Part shown: piece after piece, positions 55,084 through 64,000 of the stretch | Position numbering within the stretch: position 1 is the first letter of the stretch | How the letters are laid out: every line of letters starts with the position of its first letter | Assembly (NCBI RefSeq): GCF_006345805.1 | Contig: NC_043006.1 | Coordinates: 992,001-1,056,000 of the forward strand | Direction of reading: 5' to 3' | Source of the DNA: Octopus sinensis | Lineage: Eukaryota | DNA: 64,000 nt | The notes under the pieces: generated by a model | Seen by the model: the letters and a program-made list of their open reading frames with translations, nothing else | What the model was told of the DNA's origin: nothing | Database searches by the model: none | Position numbers and translations under genes: made by a program

Positions 55084-55721
55084 CTATCGCAATTCCAGCA
55101 TCCCTGCTCTTCTGAACTAGTTTCCTGCACACCCACTCTATCCAGTAATTCTTTACTCCTGTCGTCACTTTTTCTTTCCCGGACCCTAATATTTTTCTCT
55201 GTCGGAAAAATGCATCCCTTACAATTTTACTTCATGTGTACACTTTTCCGCAACATTGAGCAACAAGGTGTCAAGCTGACTATCCCCTCCGCCATTCAAG
55301 CCTATCTAGTGATGAGTCAGTTCTGAAAGTACATCTGCATTGACTCAACTCATGACTATATTCTACAAAAGAAAAACTATTACACATAATAAGTAATACA
55401 CACACACAAGTACAAAGAGCGGATTATTCCAAAAGACTTCAAAGATAAGAACAATATTTTTTTGTTATCGTTATAATTAGTTAAGACAGGAAACCTAGCA
55501 AATCTCTTTCTAGTCTTGCATTGTTTCGATAATAAACCACTATAATGGTATTTTTCTTCACTTGATTTGATTCTGTCTGGATTACTAAACGACCGATCAG
55601 TACCTCACCAAAAGTATGGCAGTGCCAAAGTCTCAGATTTTCTTTCGTATTTTCAGTAATCGATCTCCCCAAGAAATAACATTCGATTTATAATTTCTGC
55701 TTCTTGCCACATATACACATG

Positions 55722-55788
<67 letters not shown>

Positions 55789-56912
55789 GAAATATCAAGA
55801 ATTTGCGTTTCAACATGCAACGAATCATTTACAAAAGTCCATGTTACATGTAATCAAGAAAAATACGTGGGTAATTATTTCAGGCAGAGTTTACGTGAAT
55901 ATTTCTGCTGGTATAAAAACTTCGGTGTTCTTTAGTTAGAAATGACCTCTAAAATACTGGAAAATATACTTCCAACAGGACAGTGAAATGGAAATATGAC
56001 ATGTTTTAATGTGAAAATATTTTAGTAATATTGTACAAGAACTATTAGGGAACCGATAAATTTTGTGACAGAAGCCATATGGGATACAATCAGCTGCAAA
56101 CCACACTCTCGTTCGATGTAACAATACCATGACATGTTATAAATCACTCTAAATAGTTTTGCAATAGAAACAAATGGAAAAGATTTACGTGAAAGATGTA
56201 TTAGCTGTCATAATATTTCAGTTTGAATTGTACAATACCTATCACATGATGTTGTCAAGCTACGCGAAATGCATACGTATATATTGTATAAAAGTACTAT
56301 ATTGAAAATCTAAACAGATTTTATGGGTTTATGGAAAATATAAATCGTCGTCGTATTTTATGAAGCACATATACAAAGAAATAAAGAAGGCCTGATGTAT
56401 TGTGGGGAATCAATGATTCATGTTTTCTTGGCAGTATTTTAATACAAGACGTTGGAAGATACTAGAAACAAGATGGAAATACAATAGAATCATATTTGTA
56501 TATTTGCTAATAGTATTGCTAAACTAAACATTCAATTTTAAAAAGACGACTCGAAATAGATTTCAAACTCTGGTATTTGTACAATTTCGTACAGCGAACA
56601 GACACACATCAACAAACGCATACTTTCAAAATATTTTCATCGTTAGATTGTTATGCTGTCAAGAAGAATCGTTTCTCTGGACGACTTAGAAATTGAAGTA
56701 GTCTGTGGTGGAACAAATTACCTTCTAACGGCGTATTATTATATTTTTTTATAGCTGCATTTCAGTGTCGTGGTGAAGTAACCAAAATATGAAAAATAAT
56801 AATTGTAAAACAAAAGGTAATTGATCTATTCATGTTTAATGTTCTATCCGATTCGAACTTGAATATCTGATTGTTACTTATCGATATCGGAGAACATCTC
56901 TTCTTTATAGAC

Positions 56913-57137
56913 CAGTGGTTCCCAACCATATTTTGATTCCTATTTTATTCGGTGGGTGAACGGTCATAGCCATTCGATGTCTAAAACCTCCCGTTATATT
57001 TTTATGATTAAATATTATTAAGAATTACATAAAAAAACGCTTAAATATTCTGTTTGCCGTGGGAATATAATCATTTTATTGTACATGAATTTTAACAATA
57101 AAATCTTATATAATAAAATCTTGGTTGAGAACCATTG
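56913..57137. mobile_element. hAT (Charlie-like) MITE
   Basis: TIRs CAGTGGTTCCCAACC / GGTTGAGAACCATTG. Flanks TTATAGAC / CTTTAAAT fit a decayed 8-bp NTNTARAN target. Confidence 0.75.
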
Positions 57138-58036
57138 CTTTAAATGGTGTGTGTTCATAACAAACGCGATTCACAGGTGTAGAAGGACTTTCAGACACTG
57201 CAGTGTTTCGACCTAATTGTCTCTTTTCAGTCAAATCTAACCAATTGGACCGATGAATAAATAAAGAGCACGAACTCTTGTTTATAGAAAAGCAGCGAAC
57301 AAAGTATTTAGTAATGTGTGCTCGATAATATTTCATAAGTTCACGCAGAAGAGCGAGAATCGAAACAGTAACGTATCGATTCATTTTTTAAAACGACAAC
57401 GATCAGATATTCCCCTTTGAATCTGAGCAGAACATATTAAGAATGAATAGATAGGTTCTTGTTTGGAGTTTTGCTGTTTTGCATGTACAACGTGGATTAT
57501 TATGTTAGAAGACATCAGCAATTAATTTGTTTACTGATGCCTGGCAGAGTAGGTTTGACTGAATAGGTGTACATCGAGATGGAGATGTTATCTACAAGTC
57601 CCCTTACACCGGTGAATCGCATGTGTTATGCACACTCACCATTTAAACGGAGAAGGCGTTGAACGAGGACTGCAATTAGATATTCGCTTTCGAACCTGTG
57701 AGAATACATTAAGAGTGAATAGATATGTTATTGTTTGGATACTCGCTGTTTTGTGTGCACCCTGTTAATTATTTAAAGGTAATTTGATATAGAAAAACAT
57801 GTCGCAAAATGCGGTATTCAGGTATCAGTTTCGGAGTACTGGAATTGTTGTATATTAAATGGCGGAACAGCGTGTGTATATAAGTTTAAATAAGTTTTTT
57901 AACTTAAACCACAAAATTTGTGGATTAATACTTTAAAAAATATATATATATAATCCGCCTCTAAAGCTGTACTATATCTCAGTATAGCATGTAATAAAAA
58001 ATCTTAATTATAATACAACTGTGGTCGTCACACAGT

Positions 58037-58364
58037 GAAGGCGCATGGCTCAGTGATAAGAGCGTCGAGTTTACGATCGTGAATTTGTGAGTTCCAATCC
58101 CGGACCGGGCAGCGTGTTGTGCTCTTGAGCAAGACACTTTATTTCACGTTGCTCCAGTTCACTCAGCTGTAGAAATGAGTTGCGACGTCACAGGTGCCAA
58201 GCTGTATCGGCCTTAGCCTTCCCCTGGGATAACACTGGTGACGTGGAGAGCATGGTATGCATGGGCGACTGCTGGTCTTCCATAAACAACTTTGCCCGGA
58301 CTTGTACCTGGGATGGTAACTTTCTAGGTGCAATTCCATGGTCAGTCATGACCGAAGGGAGTCT
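58037..58364 (+). mobile_element. tRNA-derived SINE (additional family)
   Basis: TGGCTCAGTGA and GAGTTCCAATCC boxes, then CTTGAGCAAGACACTT…CTCAGCTGTAGAAATGAG central segment. Confidence 0.8.
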
Positions 58365-59947
58365 AAGGTCGACACACATTTAGATTTAATTAACTAATCT
58401 CATTTAATGATGCCATTCAATTCCATTTTTTATGAAAATTTCTATACTCAGCTGATGAATCCCAATAAATCACAAACGCTCAAAACTTATCTCCTTTGCT
58501 TCCTCGAAAATTTTTTTAAAAAGCGGTATTTAGCGGTTGATATTTTCGCTAATCACCGCCTTTAACCTTAGATTTATATCATTCATTTTAAATTCGGTAT
58601 CAAATTCGTAAATCGCACGGTTTGGTGTAAACTCAGAACAGCATCAAATTACCAACAATAAGGATTCCAGTAAAGAATTTGATTTCAGTTATTCGATTGG
58701 AAAGACCTAGTATCCTGTGATTAATTTTTCTATACTAGTTGAGACCTAAAATCTTTCATGCCAATGGTGTAGGTTATCAGAAGATAAACTAACAAGGAAA
58801 GCAAATGTTTTGAGACTTTGCTTTGCCATTGAAGAATAATCTTGTACTACATGTAGTTTACTATGGAGGCCATCAAATATTGATATTAAAAGAATTTGTC
58901 ATATCTGTATCTTAACTGATAAAATGAAGTTGATTTATTTCTGTAAACATTTATATATCCAATAGGTGCTCTCGACGGCTATCTTGAGTACGGTAAGCAT
59001 CATGGCGTTGCATTTTTCGTTTCATAATCGTTGTTCAACAACCAGCCCTGCGAAGAGATAATCCAAAAGAACTGCTTTGTCTTTCTTCGGATTCCCTAAC
59101 AACAAAGATAATTAAGTTTAAAGCAATTTGTCTTTCCACATTATCGTAATAATCTAGCATAATACAATTCAGATAATGTGAAAAGGTAGTTTGTCATAAT
59201 ATTGTGTAAATAATTATATTTATATTATGTGAAAAAAATGCTCGATGACAAATTCCTCTGATATTTAAAAAATAGTGTAGACTCTGCTATTATTAATTTA
59301 ATAAATGGCAATTTTTTTAGGAATGTAGGAGTTTGCATTTCGTTAATTAACAATAACAATATGATTACTCACATCTACACCAGACAAAAGAAAACGTTTC
59401 AAACAAATATTTCTAGCATAATGGGAAACCAAACTGATGTATTTAGACATTTTATTCTTTGTATTTTCCCCCGAAATTAGAATAATTATGCGTATAAAAT
59501 TGATAAACTAAAAATTGCATTTTGCGTTCTGCTGAGGGTCATTCTTCCTTACATTAAGCAGCTTTCGAAATATGGTCGCATGTACTAATAACATTTGGTG
59601 AGAGACTTGCGTGGACGCAATAAATATGTTATTTCCTGTTCCTGTTATCCTTCCCACCTCTTTCACTGACATGAATATTCTTTTGAGTGCAAGAATATTC
59701 TATTGTTTTTCAATAATTTTTGTGCATATAATGATAATTTCTTTCATATCGCATAATTCCATATTATCTTTAAAGGAGAGGGTAGGCGTTCAATCATTTC
59801 CCCTTTGATACAGTATCCAATGTATTTGCCCCGTGTGGAATGTATGTGCGATAATTCTGTTTTGATGTTTTGATCTGCCTGAATTTATGAATATTTGATG
59901 GATACATATGCAGACAAGACAACAGGTATGATAATATTTTGTTATAT

Positions 59948-60159
59948 TGGTTCAAATTTTGGCATGAGGCCAGCAATTTCGGAGGAGGGGCTAAGTCTAT
60001 TTGAACGACTGCAGTATTCAGCTGGTACTTATTTTATCAATCCCGAAGGGATGAAAGAGAAGATCAACCTCAGCGGTATTTAAACCCAGGATGTAAAGAC
60101 AAAGAAATGCCGCTAAGCACTTTGCCCAGCGTGTTAAACATTCGACTAGTTCGCCGCCT
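59948..60159 (-). mobile_element. SINE family B
   Basis: Core GGTACTTATTTTATCAATCCCGAAGGGATGAAAG; head …TTCGCCGCCTT. Confidence 0.85.
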
Positions 60160-60174
60160 TAATATCTAGCTCTA

Positions 60175-60385
60175 TGGTTTAAAATTTTGGCACAAGGGCA
60201 GCAGTTTCAGGGACAAGTAAGTAGATTACATCGATCCAGTGTGCAATTGGTAGTTATTTTGTCGACCCCGAAGAAATGAAAAGCAAAGCTGACTACGGCT
60301 GAATTTGAACTCAGAAGGTAAAAATGGCCGAAATGCCGCTAAGCATTTTACCCGGCGTGCAAACGATTCTGCCAGCTCACCGCCT
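60175..60385 (-). mobile_element. SINE family B (tandem neighbour)
   Basis: Second copy directly adjacent to the first, in the same orientation. Confidence 0.88.
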
Positions 60386-60917
60386 TAAATATCATGCTAT
60401 ATTAATGCGAAATAAGTATTATATTGATACTCTGTGTTATACACACATAAAACCTTATGTTTACCTTAATATTGAAAATATTTGAAAATAGTCAGTTTTG
60501 AAGCCTCCTAATTAAAATGTTATTAAACAGGAGAGGATTCAGTTCTCACGTGATGTTGGTATCGAACAATTCAGTCCCACCGTCCTTATACGTAATGAAG
60601 TTCTAGTTGAGGACAATTGTATTAAAAGTACATCTACTATAACGACACATTGCATTCTCTAGTGAAATAAAATCGTTATAATTGACCGAAGGCACCTAAA
60701 AGTGGAAACTTAAAAAGAAAAATAACATTAAGAACACATGTACTGTTAAACATTGTATGTGCGCGTAGAGTCTGGAATTAGTTGGCCCCGAGTGTTCCTT
60801 CATTGAATTGGTCATGGTTGAACAAGAGTTGCGAAATTACAATTCTAAAGTTAAAAATCAGTAAAATTCAAGTCAGGCATTTACCACTCCCGTGAAGATA
60901 AAACCGTTACTAATAAT

Positions 60918-61096
60918 ACATTATTTACATTATTTACATTATTTACATTTGACGGATATTTATCCTCAACTTGTTTGTTGTTAACACAACTTTTCGGCTG
61001 ATATACCTTCCAGCCGTCATCAGGTGTCTTGGGGGAAATTTCGAACCTGGTTCTCATTCCTAAGGTATTTTTCGATGTTTATTATTATTATTATTA

Positions 61097-61132
<36 letters not shown>

Positions 61133-61209
61133 TCACTGCCTGGAACTGGAATCGAACTCGGAATCTTGGGGTTAGTAGCCCGCGCTCTTAACCACTACGC
61201 CATATGCCC
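60918..61209 (-). mobile_element. SINE family C, head + (AAT)n + tail in one piece
   Basis: Minus strand reads GGGCATATGGCGTAGTGGTTAAGAGCGCGGGC…GAGTTCGATTCC…GACCTG(AAT)n…CATCGAAAAATACCTTAGGAATGAG…GACACCTGATGACGGCTG…CAGCCGAAAAGTTGTGTT…(AATGTAAAT)n. Confidence 0.9.
60983..61028 (-). ncRNA. Minimal hammerhead ribozyme motif (family C)
   Basis: Stem I GACAC/GUGUU, CUGAUGA, perfect stem II GGCUG/CAGCC, GAAA-AGUU (C15.2 changed to A relative to the other copies). Confidence 0.6.
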
Positions 61210-61225
61210 GTGGGTATATGAGAGA

Positions 61226-61339
61226 GTATATCAGCCGAAACGTTGTGTTAACAACAAACAAGATGAGGACAAATATCCGTCAAATGTAAATAATGTAAAT
61301 GATGTACATAATTCCTCATCTCTTAAATATAGAACTGTA
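61226..61339 (+). mobile_element. SINE family C 3' tail fragment, inverted against the adjacent copy
   Basis: GTATATCAGCCGAAACGTTGTGTTAACAAC…CATAATTCCTCATCTCTTAAATATAGAACTGTA. Confidence 0.9.
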
Positions 61340-61475
61340 TTACCAATAATATATTGCATCTTTTGGCGACTAGGTACAAAATTTCTTTATTTAACGGTTC
61401 AGGGGAGGGGTTAAATGTTGTTGAAAGCTGAATAATGTTCTTGGAATAAATGACCTTTGAGGTAATGTGTCGTTA

Positions 61476-61524
<49 letters not shown>

Positions 61525-61556
61525 TCAGATTTTCTCACATGACCAGCAATCTTAGT

Positions 61557-61739
61557 GGGGAAGGGAATAATCGATTGCAGCGACCTCGGTACTTGATTGA
61601 TACTTTATTTTATCGACCCCGAAATGATGAAAGGCAAAATAGATCGCAGCAGTTTTTGGACACAGAGCGTAATTAGCCGGAAGAAATGCCATAAAGTATT
61701 TTGTCCGACGCGCTTACGATACTACCAACTCGCCGCCTT
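61557..61739 (-). mobile_element. SINE family B, diverged
   Basis: TTTTATCGACCCCGAAATGATGAAAGGCAAA…CTCGCCGCCTT. Confidence 0.75.
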
Positions 61740-61781
61740 GATAGAATTTTTTTACACTTTCCGGCACGAGGTTAACAATCT

Positions 61782-61819
<38 letters not shown>

Positions 61820-62081
61820 CATGATGATGTTGGTGATGATGATGGCAGTGTTATTAGTCACAATGACAACAGTCGTTATTAGTTATTATGATGATATTGT
61901 TTGCGAAGATAAAATAGTTTCTTAGTGACTAAGAATCAAGAGGAGATGGTGGTGAAGGAGGAGGGAGAGGAGAAGGAGGAGGAGGGGGATATTTAGTGAT
62001 TTTGATGGTGGTGACTAATAATGACGAAAATAGTGACAGTGATGTGTATAGTAGTCGCTGTAGTGAATGAAGGAGTATACC

Positions 62082-62220
62082 TATTTCTTTATTGCCCACA
62101 AGGGGCTAAACGCAGAGAGGACAAACAAGGACAGACATAGGTATTAAGTCGATTACATCGACCCCAGTGCGTAACTGGTACTTAATTTATCGACTCCGAT
62201 AGGATGAAAGGCAAAGTCGA
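62082..62220 (-). mobile_element. SINE family B, 5'-truncated, with TSD
   Basis: GAAGGAGTATACC at 62069-62081 and 62219-62231; the element stops inside the core. Confidence 0.92.
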
Positions 62221-62686
62221 AGGAGTATACCGACGATGATGTGGTTTGTGGTGAAGCGTGTTGGTAGCAATCGACGTTCTGTTAGAGGTAGGCTTAGGCT
62301 ATGATGATACAATCGAATAATGATAGTGACGATAGTGATGATAGTGGAGGTTGTAGCGTGATAATACTGCTTTTTAGCTGAGAGCAGTGTTGTTGATGTT
62401 GGTGGTGGTGGTGGTGATGGTTGTAGATAATGTTGATTATTGGTGGTGGTTATAGGTGGATGCTGGTTATTGTCGATTGATGCGAATGGTGATGATGCGA
62501 ATGATTACAGTATAATGGCAGTGGTGTTAGTGTAGCTGTTTACGTGGTATATATAGGGCACTGGCTCTGAACCAGGGTCCATATGGCCCTTCGGAGTCTA
62601 TATAACATTTTGTTAAAATCCATGAGCAATAAATTCCTTATTCTTCTACAATGCATAAGATATTTTAATTTTTTTATATGATTATA

Positions 62687-63103
62687 GGCGTAGGAGTGGC
62701 TGTGTGGTAAGTAGCTTGCTTGCGAACCACATGGTTCCGGGTTCAGTCCCACTGCGTGGCACCTTGGGCAAGTGTATTCTACTAAAGCCTCGGGCCGACC
62801 AAGGTCTTGTGAGTGGATTTGGTAGACGGAAACTGAAAGAAGTCCGTCGTATATATGTATATATATGTGTACATATAGGTATGTATGTATGTATGTGTGT
62901 GTGTGTATATGTTTGTGTGTCTGTGTTTGTCCCCCCCAACATCGCTTGTTGGTGTGTTTACGTCCCTGTAACCTGGCTGTTCGGCAAAAGGGACCGATAG
63001 AATAAGTACTAGGCTTACTAAGAATAAGTCCTGGGATCGATTTGTTCGACTAAAGGCGGCGCTCCAGCATGGCCACAGTCAAATGACTGAAACAAGTAAA
63101 AGT
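62687..63103 (+). mobile_element. SINE family A, full length
   Basis: GGCGTAGGAGTGGCTGTGTGG…GGGTTCAGTCCC head, body, internal microsatellite and tail …GACTGAAACAAGTAAAAG. Confidence 0.93.
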
Positions 63104-63956
63104 AGAAGTAAGTAGATTCCTAATAATGTTTAATTGTAAAAATGTATTAAGGCTTTTTTTTTTAATTATTAAGTGAATGTCTATGGCGGTCTAGTGGAGT
63201 AAAATGGAAATCAAATGGAACCATAGGCAAAAAATGGTTGAGAACCATTGTAGGGTTATGGTTATGAATGAAGTGTGAAAGTAGAGATGTAAGTACTGTT
63301 GCTAATGTGATGGTTATTGGGTGATAGCGAGGAATACAATATTAGTCATGTTAGTATTATTTCTGTGGTGGTTCTTGTATTAGTAGTATCAATGCTGTCG
63401 CTGTGTTGGTGTGTCGTTGGTATATTTTGACGCAATAGGCGAAGCTAATGTTTTAGCTCACTTAACTATGACTGTAGTAAATTACTAACAGTTAATAATA
63501 TAGAGCAACTATCGTTAGTATTAGTACTACAGCACTAACGCTATTCAGCTGTTACAGTGTTGATACACTAGGAGACAGCACAGACTGTGACTGAACAAGA
63601 TGGAGAATAATGTTCAGCCGCAATAGCTCGACATATAACTGTGCAGCTATAATATAGTTTTTCGACAGAGAGTTGTAAACGAGGAGGAAAAACAAACACA
63701 GAACGTAAACTGGGAGGCATTTGAATGTATGACCGCTAATTGAGTGAAATTGAATAAAAGTCGACTGGCCGTTTTTATCTCTCCAACTGACCGCTTTATC
63801 GAATCTCTTTTTTCTTTTTTTTTTGTCTCACTGCTTATCTATACACATATACAAACACACGCACATACTGGTGTACATTATACACATATGTACGTACATA
63901 CATACATACACGCATGCATACATACACATATATGTACACATATGTATATATGTATG

Positions 63957-63994
<38 letters not shown>

Positions 63995-64000
63995 CATGTA

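Noticed and set aside
57413-57790. Diverged ~100-bp direct repeat pair
   Set aside because: An old, low-identity local duplication with no further structure.

Overview
AT-rich animal (eukaryotic) DNA packed with microsatellites and decayed retro/DNA transposons. I found no host gene, true tRNA/rRNA gene or CRISPR array that I can support. The SINE families and (TA)n/(CATA)n/(TAA)n density suggest an octopus/cephalopod genome (inference). Contents: tRNA-derived SINEs (working names A, B, C, a V-domain-like copy and one further type), four Dong/R4-like RLE LINE fragments next to (TAA)n or related trinucleotide tracts, CR1, Tx1/L1-like, HERO-like and Penelope (GIY-YIG) remnants, Tc1/mariner relics, hAT and Tc1-type MITEs, Helitron-like pieces and several foldback elements. 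The most interesting signal is family C. It has a tRNA-like Pol III head, an (AAT)n spacer and a tail whose consensus folds as a minimal Penelope-type hammerhead ribozyme. At both loci that retain a head, an inverted partial copy abuts the head, and at one of them a Dong LINE has inserted into the spacer. All coordinates and identities were read by eye, so ends are approximate unless defined by a TSD or TIR.
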